A DNA stretch of 64,000 nucleotides from Octopus bimaculoides. Taxonomy: Eukaryota. Location of the stretch: contig NC_068982.1 in NCBI RefSeq assembly GCF_001194135.2, positions 104,784,991 to 104,848,990 of the forward strand. Direction: 5' to 3'. The notes beneath the pieces were generated by a model. The model saw only the letters and a list, made by a program, of their open reading frames with translations, was not told the origin of the DNA and searched no databases. Positions 51,271 through 64,000 of this stretch are shown piece by piece. Made by a program: the position numbers and the translations under genes. Positions within the stretch are counted from its first letter, which is position 1; each line of letters opens with the position of its first letter.

Positions 51271-52834
51271 TTTGTTTTGCTTCACAACAGTGATTCTGGT
51301 TTCAACTCCACTATTCGAGTGTCCTGTTACAGATTTGGATTATCTTAATGTCTAATAGAATTCAGCATTTGGAAATTTGTATGAAAGTCTGTGAGAAGAA
51401 AAAATGTGCCAATAAAAGAGAATGTGTTGAGTTGAGTCCCTTTATATAAAAAGTTAAGTCAGACATTCAATAAAATAAGAAACAGACTGACAGTGATTGT
51501 AGTTCAATGATTGAAACTATTTTTTATCTCTTACTTGTTTGTCATTTGACTGTGGCCCTTGAAGAATTTTAGTCAAATGAATGGGTTCTGGTATTTTTTT
51601 TTTTTTTGAAACTTGGTACTTATTCTGCCAGTGTCTATTGCTAAATAAAGCTGATTATTATAAATAAGATTAAAAAGATTTTCCTCTGGTCCTTAGAAAA
51701 TACTCCAGGAATAATGATGTATAAACAAAGGGTTTCTAAAGCTAAAGGGTTAGCAATTAATCTCTCATCATTGGTAGAGCATATCTATTCTAGTTTGTAC
51801 CCAATCATTGCTCTCTGCAAATAAACTTAACTCTTCAAAGTTTAAGTTCCATACATTTGGCCCTTCATAGGCACCATGTGATTTTACTAATTTCTCCAAT
51901 GGGTTGCTTCAAGTTGTAGCCAGTAGGGATGTGGCTTCAATACTATGGAAACAGCAGAATCAGTATACTTTTTTTCAGTCATTGGACTGTGGCCATCAGT
52001 GGCATAGCTAGGGTAACTGCACCCGGGGTAAGCCACAAGAACATGCTCCACCACCCATTACAAAGTCCATGATATTATATAGTACTTATTTGTTACAAGT
52101 AATTAATGTTTTAAAGCAATATTTTAGGAATAAATACTTTACCAAGGTTCATTTACCTGCTGCTTCAGTACAGCCTGTTATTCAAAATACATTTTTTGAA
52201 TGTTTACTTTTATGAAACCTTATTTTAACTGTTTAATGCACGAGCTTCCCCCCCCCGATTGAAACATTAAAAAACCTAATGTGTGAAATGAGATGTACTG
52301 GTGGCCATGCTGGGGCACTGCCTTGAAAGGTTGAGTTGAACAAATTGAGCCCACTACTTATTCTGTTGATCTTTTGCTTAACTGTTAGGTTACAGGGATG
52401 TAAATACACCAGCACTGGTGGGAGGGACTATCATATACACACACACACACATATGATGGGCTTTCACAGTTTCTGTCTACTGAATTCAATTTCAAGGCAA
52501 GGCATTGGTCAGCTCTAGGCTACAGTAGAAGATGCCATGTAATGGGACTGAACCCAAAACCACAAGGTTGCAAAGCAAACTTCTTTACCACACAGCCATG
52601 GCTGTAGATAAGAATGGAGGAAAGAAAATGTCTAGAAAAGCTTGTCTGAACTATGAGTTTTGTTATTCTCTCCTCTCGCCCAATATATCAAAATACAAAG
52701 AGAAACTTTAACTGTAGTAGTTCTACTTCATATGATAGATTCTCAAAATATTTTGAAGATGAGCATTCAGTTGTTCAATCACCTAAACTACCAACTCAAT
52801 GTGTAATGTTTAAGTAGCTGAGTATTCTACAAAC

Positions 52835-53223
52835 GTGGAGGTGCAATGGCCCAGTGGTTAGGGCAGCGGACTCGTGGTCATAGGATCGCGGTTTCAATTC
52901 CCAGACCGGGCGTTGTGAGTGTTTATTGAGCAAAAACACCTAAAGCTCCACGAGGCTCTGGTAGAGGGTGGTGGCGAACCCTGCTGTACTCTTTCACCAC
53001 AACTTTCTCTCAATCTTTCTTCCTGTTTCTGTTGTACCTGTATTTCAAAGGGCCAGTCTTGTCACACTCTGTGTCACATTGAATCTCCCCCCGAGAACTA
53101 CGTTAAGGGTATACGTATCTGTGGAGTGCTCAGCCACTTGCACATTAATTTTATGAGCAGGATCAACTGCTTCCAGTTGATTGCATCAACTGGAACCCTC
53201 GTCATCATAACTGACGGAGTGCC
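52835..53223 (+). mobile_element. tRNA-derived SINE with target-site duplication
   Basis: Head GGAGGTGCAATGGCCCAGTGGTTAGGGCAGCGG...GGTTTCAATTCCC; TSD ATTCTACAAAC (52824-52834) / ATTCTACAGAC (53224-53234); perfect 11-bp hairpin TTCCAGTTGAT-TGC-ATCAACTGGAA (53171-53195) near the 3' end. Confidence 0.85.
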
Positions 53224-56200
53224 ATTCTACAGACTCATACCATTAATGTAATTCTCAAGTTGAAACAGTTTAACACTATGTAACAAGACAAAATCTTTGA
53301 AGTACAGGTACAATCCAGCAGACAGGCTTCCCCAGTTTCTTTCTCACAAAGCTTAGCTAAGATCTTACCTAAAATCTTAAATACATTTTTGGTCAGGAAA
53401 ATATAATTCTTTAACTATAAGAGGAAGATTAGTCCTAAATAGATGAGAAAGGAAACTTTTGACACCATGTTCATCAATTATGAAAATAGTGAGAAAGGGA
53501 GACAAACTGGTGTTGAGAAAATTATGGCAACTACAATGATTTAAAGGTGACCCTTGCAATGGCAATATTTGTACAACAGCCACAGTTCTTACATTTAAAC
53601 TGGCTATATCTGGCCCAAATATTCTACTGGCTATTTTGTGTTCAAACCGATCCAGCCTCTCACACCTACCCTAAAATGTCATTCTAAAAATATACAATCA
53701 TATCACTGAAATCTCAAAGCTATGAGATTGTTTATAAATAAGCATTACATTTGACAATAATTTGAATGCTAAAGGGTTAAAATAGTAAAAACAACTGCTT
53801 CTAAATTTTATGGCGCATAAAATAAACTTTTCAATCTCCTGATAGTCTTTGAAGTATCACTTTGGAGAATAACAATTCTCATGTCATTCCCAAATTTTTA
53901 GGATTTTAAAACTAAGCCCATGTCTCTATCCAATCAGTGTTTGTAGAAGAATGACAAAGATTAAGGAAATCTAATGTAGTTAAAGAGAATTTTATGAAGT
54001 TTCCGAAAACATTTTGGATTTTATTGCTGACAAATTGATCAAAATTCATTTCCCATCATTGTGTATCATAAAATTAATAAGGAGTAAGAAAATTCAAAAT
54101 CTTAGTGAAACCAACTATTAACTTTAACTGAGACAACAAACATCTGGGAGTAATTGCATTAAAGAGGTCTGGCACTCATCTTGCTAACAGACATAAAGGA
54201 GAACACATCTTGATAAAATAATAAATGGTTATTGTTGAAAGAATGCTGCTGGAATTTGGAAAATGTTCTATATTATGACGCAGCTAGTTGAACCAGTGTT
54301 TGTCAGTAACTACCAATGTTCTCTGGTTTATCTAGTAAACCAGTTAATGTCTGCCTACTATTATGAAATGGTAGACTACAATGATTGCACTATATCTATA
54401 AATGACTTTTTCTGTCCAATGTTTATCTAAGACATTCCCTTTCAAAGTAAATGTTTATTTTGGAATTTCATAGTCACATGTTACAATACTTCATTGTAAA
54501 CCATAGACAAGAACGACAGAAATTAGTAAAAAGAGCTTTGAAAATTATTTTTTACTTTTGTACTTATTGCTGTTACCTGGAAAGGTCAGGATTTATCCTT
54601 GTGTTCCCTATTACAGTTAAAGAGAAATGTCTCTGTCTTCAATAGGATACCAATGTATTGTAGGTTTTACACAGAATATGTGAGTTTCATGAAACAGCTA
54701 TCAATTATACTGTTTTGCCTTACAGCAGTGAACTGTACTTCTATGTAGTATATATTTGTAACAAGAAAAACTATCATTAAGAAAGTTGGATATTTTTACT
54801 AAGGAGGAAGTACAGTGACAGAGCAACACTCCAATTTGAATATGTACATCAAAAACACTTAAACAGTACATTTCTCATATCATACTCAATAGTGAAGTAC
54901 ATTATGCAAATTAATTTCTGTATCTACAAGCTAATGTTAGCCAATCCAGCTTGCAGAATTCAAGGTAGTTTATCTTCAGCACAATTCATTCACTCTTTAC
55001 TATTTACTTTCTTGGTTGCATTGTTTTAAAAACAGATATGCAATAAAGCAGTGAGGACTCTTTAGTCTGTGGGCCCCCATGGCAACTTCACTAATGGTTG
55101 GTGCCACAATAAAATACACCCGTACACTCTGTAGGTGTTGGGGATGCATCCAGACTTAGAAACTTGATATAAATTGGAACACATGAGCAAGATCTAGTCC
55201 TCTTACCTGTCTAGATGGGCTGTAACTTTGAACAAGATCCATCCAATGCATATAGCATATAAAACAGATGTAAAAATTCACCTTCAGTTATACGTTTGTA
55301 AAATGAAGTAGATTTCAAAAATGGGCACAAAACCATAGATCTTGGGAGAAGAGCATAATCAATAAAATTCATCCCAATATTTTATTGGTCCTTTATTTTA
55401 TTGACTCTAGAAGGATAAAAGGCAAAATTGGCATCACAAGGATTTTAATTCAGAATACTGTGAAGTAAATATTAACTGAACTTGTATTTTATTTTGCAAG
55501 TTAAAGAAGTAATATCACTAAATAAAGCTTTCAAATGTCTTTTGTTCGAAACTCAAAACTTGAAGCTTTAACAAATGAACAATGATTTTTTTGTCATGTT
55601 TATTGACAAATACTGACAGCAGTAGCTTTGTTTGTGTTTGAGTGAGTGTATGTGTGTGTGTGTGTGTGAGTGTGTGTGTGTGAGTGAATATAGGAAGAGA
55701 GTGAAAGTGAGTATAAATGTGTGTTGAAGTATCACTAGTGAGTATTAACTGCAACTGAAGCAAAGAATGAGTAAGAATGAACATTGAAAACCTAACAAAT
55801 GCAAAGTAACAACCGCACTAAATATAGCTTTAGAAAATCATGATGTGCAGTCAATGATGACCCAAGTGAATGACTCACAGGTGAGAAAGAGACATGAAAA
55901 ATATTGTTGAATTTATAAAAAGCAGATTTAGAGATAATTTGGATAAAGTTTGTTTTGTCTGAGAAAAAGCAAACATTGCCTGCCCCTATATCCCTTACAA
56001 TAATAGAAAATGAAAGGGATGAGTAAGATTGTTAATGTAGAAGTTAAAAGTGTTGATAATTTAGTGTGTTGTGGTGATAAACATGTGGGAAGATCCACAT
56101 GTAAACAGGGAAAGACTGCAATTTTAACTTTCATCCATCTGGGGTTCGATAAAGTACCAATCTGGGATGAGTGCACAGGTGGAATTGTTACAGCAATGGA

Positions 56201-56869
56201 TAGGATGCCTTGTGGTATTTGTTTGGGGTCTCTGTGTTCAGAGTTCAAACCCTACACTGGCCTCTTTGGATGGTAGAGCTAATCCATTGCCTGTTTTAAT
56301 ATCACCATCCAGTCCTTGGGGCCTTTAGAGGAGTTCACTTTGCTGCAAGCATTGGAGCTAAGTCCCCAATTTGAGGATAACTTTCTTATATCAGTCTTAG
56401 AGGCCTTAAAAAGGGTCTGGGCACTGCCCTTCCCTCCTGACAAAGCAATAATAAAAAAAAAAATGAAAGACATGGTTTGAAAAGAGAAAGGGAGTGCGTA
56501 TTAAATTAGTGATTTCAAACAATATCCTTAAAAAAATAAATAAATAAATAACTTAGACCATAAAGTCAGTAGATATGCCACTAAGCATTTTGCCCGACAT
56601 GCTAACAATTTTACTGGCTTACCACCTAGATACTCCTAAATATTGCAACATTTAGAATGAAGACAATAGTTATAGATCAATGTTTCCAATGAACAGCTGG
56701 GGAATTAAGAAGAGAGAAACTATACTTGGTGGAAAACAAATTCAAGACTATATCTGGTTGGTTTAACATTCATCCAGAGGATAATGATTGTCATCATAAC
56801 ACTCTTGATACAACACAATTCAGCATCTACAAATATGATTTCAAGATAACATAGTCAAAATGACTGACT

Positions 56870-57300
56870 ATGTTATCCTGAAGTCATACCTACTGGTATG
56901 TAGTGCCTGTAAAGCAGGTTTGCCCCTCCTGCCTATTGTGGACCAGCTTCTGAAAGGTTTGTTTGTCAAGTGTGGTTCATAATCTGGAGTTCTTCCACCA
57001 TTCAATGCCCAGCGTTTTTCAGTTTTCTCTTCTTTCTTGTGTTCAGTCAAGAATAGTCCAGGTTTTGATCTCTGATGACATGCCCAATCCATTTTTATGG
57101 CTTTCACATTCCCTTGTCTGCATTGGGTAAGTAATTGTTGAAGCTTCGGGAAGTTACTCTTTCTACTATAGAGTAATGTGGATCAAATGCAGATCTTATA
57201 TAGTCTCAGCCTGGTGTAGGTGGAGAACTGAGTGGATTGTCATACGCTGAAAATACATCTTTCTTTGTTGAGACACTTCTTTGATGTCAATGCTGCTCCT
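56870..57300 (-). mobile_element. Decayed, internally deleted 3' end of an RTE-clade LINE
   Basis: Pieces in different frames: LRLYKIC*STLLYS, QQLLTQCRQ, KWIGHVIRD and ALHTSRYD, matching recalled RTE ORF C-termini. Confidence 0.65.
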
Positions 57301-59631
57301 TCACTATGCCTGATAAAGAAAAGGCAAGATAGAAATAGTAAAACAATATAGGAATTCTCTCAACCACAACTTTACCTCTTTTCAGTAATAATTTGCAGTT
57401 TTAGAGCACATATTTAACATACTGTAGTTACTAACCTATCATCCAATGATGCCAGTAGGGAGGAGTAAATTTTTGTAAAAAAATAACACCACAGGGAAAG
57501 AATACATATATGGTAGAAATACTTTGTCTTTGGTTAGTTTATTGACCCATGATTTGTCAACCTAAACTTTATTAGTAATGACATTGAGAATTTGGGCAGG
57601 GCACATCATTCTATCTCAGTCACCACTACTAATAAAAGAGTTCTTTTGTTGGATAGTATATTGTTTACTCTTAAGAGTTTATTTCTCTTTCCACTAAACT
57701 CAAACTAGTTCTTCTATGGTGTTAATAATGGGATGCTTTGAACATTTCTAGAACATGCATCACACAAAGAGCTTATTTAATCCTTTAACAAATGTGCCAT
57801 GATCCAACAAAGGAGACTTGACAGGCAACAAATAGCAGCCAAATTTTCCTCTAATCAAACGCTACCATCTTTAAAAAAAAAGGAGAAAAGACACATTAGA
57901 TGATGTAGTCCTGAATGCCTGTAAAAAGACAAAATGCCATGGATAGAATGATTTTGATCAGGGTTAACCTGGAGCAAAACAACAATAACAACAACAACAA
58001 ATGTGCTAAGATTTAACTCAATGACCTGTGAATGCAATCCCAAGATCATTTAACCTTCCTTCTATTATTACAACTTATGCAACACTTGCTCTAGGCAAAT
58101 CACCAAATTAACACATTCAAATCGATCCATGTCAAACTGGATTGGTTAGAAAATAAAACTAACCAAGAAAAATGAAATTCTGTGTATGACAAAGAATTTG
58201 AAAGTGATACACAAAAATTGATTTGTTAGAAATAGTACAACTATTATTACATCAGGTTAGGCACAAATGATAGGGTTTTCTCTCCAAAAGTTTTAGAGAA
58301 ATATTGTATACTGAGTATGTATCATCATAAAATAACTCTCATTTTAAAGCTAGGCCTATCATGTATCACCCCATTACAGTAATGGAAGATATTGATTTTT
58401 TTTCTCTGTGTTTTTTTTTCTTGATAGCAGTTAAAGTGCTTTTAGCTAGAAAAAAAAAAAAAGAAGACAGCAACAGTCTAGGAAGCTCAGGAAGTGGTGT
58501 CAAGGGCAGCATATGGGTGCATATAATGGATATGTGTTTGGGCTTTTGAAGGCAGGAGTTAGTAAATTGTCATCTTCATTATTCCATTGGAAATCAAAAA
58601 TTAATGCTCTTTTAATCTTTTTTTTTTTGTTAAAAATATTTTTCCTTTCAATTTTATTCAAGTATCAAAACAATAAAAAATAAAAAGCTTTTTATTTATT
58701 TTTTTTTTCAAAAACCAACAACAAATGGAATTTATAATTCAGAACAGAATCTAACGTAAGCAATAGGAAAGCATCATTACAGTAGTCTTTCTTTTTCACT
58801 TTCTCGCAATCCATACTAAAAATTCTTTCCTGAGTCATGATACTCACAGGGCCAATGCTTATCTTCAGTTTGTGTTGAGTGGATGGAAGACAGATCTCCC
58901 CCTGGATGGGACAATAATCTTTAAGAAGTCACCTTTTTTGGTGGATAATACCTACTTAGGTAAACCGAGGTGAAGCAAAATGTCTGGTTAAATAGCATCA
59001 CATCTGCTAAATAGGACATGAACTCATTATTCAGGTGTGAAATATTAGTCGTACATAAGTGTTGGCAATTAATCATCTTAGCTATGTACCTCACCTCAAC
59101 TATAATTACCTGACACAGGTAACCATTAAAGCTTTACCTTTTCTTTTAGCAGTACACAATATTATTATTATAATTATTAAAGATGTACATATCAAAACAA
59201 ACATATACAAGATATTTTGTTTTTTAATACAAATTTTCCTGACACTGAAATATGCTTGATAAACTAAACCATAACTGAGTTATGTATTTGTGCTCTGTTT
59301 TTTTTTTTTCCTTATAAACTCCAGATGACAGAATAGATTTAAATTCTCAGCACTTGCATGGACCAATTGCAAAAGCAGATTGGAGAGAGTTGGATGTGCA
59401 ACTTCTCTCACCTCGAGAATCACCCCTTATGGATATGAAAGATGATGTCAGAGAAGATAAGTACTCATCTCAGATTTGTAGAACAGGAAAGCTTCATATA
59501 TTGCTGGACTGTTTTAATTAGTAATATTAATTGATTATGGTTAATTGACATTTATTGCAGAGCAACTGATGAAACTAATAGATTAATTTATCAGACATAC
59601 ATATGTGAGTGCATGTGCGTGTGTGCATGCA

Positions 59632-59669
<38 letters not shown>

Positions 59670-60922
59670 CAGGGTGAAAAGGGATATTTGAGGACATTTT
59701 GTTTTTAGTTCATTACACCTACAAATTATTTAATGTATCAATTTTTTTTTTTCAGATAACCCTTTCAAGATATCATACTAACTCAAGAAATGAAAAGACA
59801 TGCAGTCATAATTGCTATACATGCAAACCACAGTGATTTAGAAATTAGCAACTTTCCAAATGTTGCAAGATCATTTGTACACAAAGTTCAGTTGGAATTA
59901 GAGGCATGTGATGATAGCGTTTCACCTGTATCAAAGAGAAAAGAACATTCACAACACTCAGATACTAAAAGGACACCAGAATTTATACATGTTCAAAACA
60001 TTATCAATGAAAACCCTAGAAGACCAATGAGGTCCATTGCTAAAGAACTTCAGGTGTCAGAGTGGACTACCAAAACTGTGGTACATCGTGACATTCGATA
60101 CAAGTCCTATGTAATGAGGAAAGGTCAATTTGTGTCTGCAAAGACACAGAAAAACCGTCTCGTCCATTCAAAATGGTTACTTAACAAAGTGAAAAACCCT
60201 TATGAACAAGGCATGCTTTGGTTTTTCTCTGATGAAAAAAAACTTTGACTAGGATCAAAAGTCTAACAGAAGAAATGACAGGTGGTTATGTGCAGATCCT
60301 TCTGAAGTATCCAGAGTGCTGCACACGAAATTTCCAGCAACTGTGATGGTTTTAGGAACGATGAGTAAGCGAAGGTCATGTGATGCCTCCCCACTTTTTT
60401 TCCACAGGGTTTTAAATTAATGCTACTGGATACATTGAGGTACTGGAAATTGTTATCAAGCCTTGGATTGATGAAGTATGCAATGGAAGGTCATACGTGT
60501 TTCAACAAGACTCAGCACCTTCTCACAAAGCCTTAGTCACCCAAGAATGGTTGTCAGACAATCGTTATGATTATGTAACACCCAATATGTGGCCTCCAAA
60601 CTCGCCAGATTTGAATCCCATGGACTACTACGTGTGAGTGTTGTTGAAAGGGAGACTAATTGTTATCTTCATAATACCATAGCTTCAGTGAAGGCTGCCA
60701 TTGTGCAGATGATGTCCGAAATGAATAAGAACCATATAGGGTCAGCATGCCAGCAGTTTCAGTTCCATATTGAAGCCAAAGGCGGTTTCATAGAATAATT
60801 TGCTTTAAAATCATTATCAAAACTAATTGGACAAATGTTTATTCAAATACATATTTATTTAGGCTGAAATATAGTTGTTTTATTGTATACCAAAACTGTC
60901 CTCAAATACCCCTCACACCCTG
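59670..60922 (+). mobile_element. Full-length defective Tc1/mariner-superfamily element, DD37D (maT) family
   Basis: TIRs CAGGGTGAAAAGGGATATTTGAGGACA / TGTCCTCAAATACCCCTCACACCCTG flanked by TA. Frameshifted transposase from 59790 with WFFSDEK and FQQDSAPSH...WPPNSPDLNPMDY; 37 residues between the second and third Asp. Confidence 0.92.
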
Positions 60923-61494
60923 TATGTATGTATATATATATATGCATGCATACATATATGTATATGTACACAGAAGGAAGACTAAGAAACAAAGCAGACA
61001 AAGTTTGGAACCGTTTTGTCTTCATTAAGATTCCATAACTTCCTGTCTACTAATCACTAACCTTTATGAACTGCGGTGGTTGAGGGGGCTTAGGCGGTGG
61101 TCACTCATCTAAAGATATTTAAGTTCATATCACATCAGGGGTGCTACATTGTGCAACTAGTAAGGATCTATACCCCTCCCATCCCATTCATTTGGCATCA
61201 GAATAAAGTAAGCAGTAAAAAAGAATGACTTGATGATGGCGTGATTAAATTTGCAGGTCCTGTGTGCTGAGACCCCACAAAAGAATAGCCTAGATTCACT
61301 AATGTCACTCATTATCTCGTTAAGAAGAGAAATCTGGCCAGGTTATGAGTAACTGCTCTCCAGATTTAAACATTAAGTTATATTTAAAAAAAAAAAACAA
61401 GAAAAAACAACGACAACAAGAACAACAAAAAAACAAGTACATAGTGCAATGTCCCAGTATGGCCACAGTTTCACTAGCTGTAATGAATAAAAGA

Positions 61495-61527
<33 letters not shown>

Positions 61528-61668
61528 NNNNNNNNNNNNNNNNNNNNNNNNNNNNNNNNNNNNNNNNNNNNNNNNNNNNNNNNNNNNNNNNNNNNNNNNN
61601 NNNNNNNNNNNNNNNNNNNNNNNNNNNNNNNNNNNNNNNNNNNNNNNNNNNNNNNNNNNNNNNNNNNN

Positions 61669-61699
<31 letters not shown>

Positions 61700-61730
61700 T
61701 ATATCATCATGTATATATATATGTGTGTAT

Positions 61731-61792
<62 letters not shown>

Positions 61793-62714
61793 TATATATA
61801 GATATATTATATATGTATATATGTACTTTATATATATGTGTGTATGTATGCATATGTATAACATGTATAATATAATATATATATGTTTGTTTGAACAGCC
61901 TGCTGAAATTTGTTGAAACTGGCTGTTTCCACTTCTGCCTCTGAAAGGTGATGATTCTATGTTCCTGAATGAAGTTATAATAAATGTCATGAGAACGTTT
62001 CTACTGAAGACGTATTCTTCATGTAGAAGAGATTTTTTTCAACAACATATTTACATCTCAGAAAGATTATTGTTGGTGTTAAAGTTTAAAATCAAACTCA
62101 CACTACATAGATTTGTGCAATATGAATAACAGTCAATAAATACAAACTATAAACAACCTTATTATATTTCTTTCTTTCTTTTTTTTTTTTTATAATACAT
62201 TAGGAATGGCTTATGTATTCAGAGGTGTCTGAACAAAGATTATATGATATTAGTGTTTTCACACTTGAAATACATGATTTAATGGAATCACCAATCAGAG
62301 AATGTCAAGGGATTGATACAATCATCATACTGAACCACTCATGCTGAAAGATTAACTTGTTTGATTTTGTTAATAAAAAATATGGTAATTAAACAATTGT
62401 ATAGTAAAATAATGAGCAAAATAAATTAAGTATAATATTCAATGTAAAATAAACAAAAAAAAATTGACAAAAATTATTAAAGTTATTTATCTATCTAATG
62501 AGATATACCACTACAAAGAATGCTATATACTATTGGCTCTGATTCAAAGCTAAAGTATGATTGTCCTTCAAATGGATGGCTTTGCAATCTAATGTGAGTC
62601 TAAACTTTTAAGATGTTGGGATATCAGCTATCATTGCATTGAAGCATGATTTTTCTTCATATCAACAACAATAGATACAACATGTGAGGAGACTATACAT
62701 GTGTTGTATATATA

Positions 62715-63594
62715 NNNNNNNNNNNNNNNNNNNNNNNNNNNNNNNNNNNNNNNNNNNNNNNNNNNNNNNNNNNNNNNNNNNNNNNNNNNNNNNNNNNNNN
62801 NNNNNNNNNNNNNNNNNNNNNNNNNNNNNNNNNNNNNNNNNNNNNNNNNNNNNNNNNNNNNNNNNNNNNNNNNNNNNNNNNNNNNNNNNNNNNNNNNNNN
62901 NNNNNNNNNNNNNNNNNNNNNNNNNNNNNNNNNNNNNNNNNNNNNNNNNNNNNNNNNNNNNNNNNNNNNNNNNNNNNNNNNNNNNNNNNNNNNNNNNNNN
63001 NNNNNNNNNNNNNNNNNNNNNNNNNNNNNNNNNNNNNNNNNNNNNNNNNNNNNNNNNNNNNNNNNNNNNNNNNNNNNNNNNNNNNNNNNNNNNNNNNNNN
63101 NNNNNNNNNNNNNNNNNNNNNNNNNNNNNNNNNNNNNNNNNNNNNNNNNNNNNNNNNNNNNNNNNNNNNNNNNNNNNNNNNNNNNNNNNNNNNNNNNNNN
63201 NNNNNNNNNNNNNNNNNNNNNNNNNNNNNNNNNNNNNNNNNNNNNNNNNNNNNNNNNNNNNNNNNNNNNNNNNNNNNNNNNNNNNNNNNNNNNNNNNNNN
63301 NNNNNNNNNNNNNNNNNNNNNNNNNNNNNNNNNNNNNNNNNNNNNNNNNNNNNNNNNNNNNNNNNNNNNNNNNNNNNNNNNNNNNNNNNNNNNNNNNNNN
63401 NNNNNNNNNNNNNNNNNNNNNNNNNNNNNNNNNNNNNNNNNNNNNNNNNNNNNNNNNNNNNNNNNNNNNNNNNNNNNNNNNNNNNNNNNNNNNNNNNNNN
63501 NNNNNNNNNNNNNNNNNNNNNNNNNNNNNNNNNNNNNNNNNNNNNNNNNNNNNNNNNNNNNNNNNNNNNNNNNNNNNNNNNNNNNNNNNNNNNN
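62715..63594. other. Assembly gap (N run) flanked by (TA)n
   Basis: Ns. Confidence 1.
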
Positions 63595-63641
<47 letters not shown>

Positions 63642-64000
63642 ATGTGTATGTAAAACGGCTGAATTATATTTCGTCCTTGAATTTGGAGGATTCCCAAAAA
63701 GATTTCTAATATAGATTCTTCATATTTTGCTGGTAGCTTACTGGTGTAAGCTTGCGAATATGAAAATAATACTTGTATATGGTGTGTTATGTGAATTTAT
63801 GGAAAGGAATCCCATAAAACTCGTTAAAAATGGAGAAGAGAAGATGTTAAAATGTAACAGAATTTTAATAATTAAAATTCTCTTACATTTTAACATCTTC
63901 TTTTCTCCATTTTTAACAAATTTGTGAGTTTAATGTATATATATATATATATGTATCAGATTGGAGCCTGGTGTAGCCATCTGGTTTCACCAGTCCTCAG

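Noticed and set aside
51997-52060. CAGTGGCATAGCTAGGG, a hAT-like terminus
   Set aside because: No matching opposite TIR or TSD was found.
56010-56276. 88-aa Cys-containing ORF
   Set aside because: It is built largely from two oppositely oriented degenerate copies of the SINE-like repeat seen at 7940-8285.
56890-57309. 420-nt minus-strand 'exon' with acceptor and donor (includes ORF 56868..57107)
   Set aside because: No frame is open across it, and the pieces translate as an RTE LINE C-terminus (KWIGHVIR, STLLYS).
59325-59521. Exon-like open frame DDRIDLNSQHLHGPIAKADWRELDVQLLSPRESPLMDMKDD
   Set aside because: No recognisable homology or partner exons, a weak donor, and the ending (WREL...GATGATG) resembles a LINE 3' tail.

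Overview
Eukaryotic, AT-rich, microsatellite-laden genomic DNA. The SINE, LINE and Tc1/mariner repeats look like those of octopus or a related cephalopod (inferred from repeat style, not a database match). One protein-coding gene dominates: a complete 13-exon PUF60/half-pint splicing-factor gene on the + strand (CDS 4315..48122, 628 aa; RRM1-RRM2-Ala-rich linker-UHM). I assembled it by hand, and all GT-AG junctions are phase-consistent. Introns and flanks carry decayed RTE and Tx1-like LINEs, tRNA-derived SINEs, a hAT MITE, a full-length dead mariner and a full-length dead DD37D (maT) element. The most interesting signals are: (1) a minimal type-I hammerhead ribozyme with palindromic stem III and a long stem II on the sense strand of intron 2; (2) a genomically encoded Ser (AGT) in place of the conserved Gly of the RRM2 RNP1 motif, which one A-to-I edit at 40917 would restore; (3) two exon-like islands in intron 2 whose inclusion mostly creates premature stops (candidate autoregulatory poison exons); (4) a local duplication preserving both the empty and the SINE-filled insertion site. 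No computation or database search was run, and orthologue comparisons use recalled human and Drosophila sequences.
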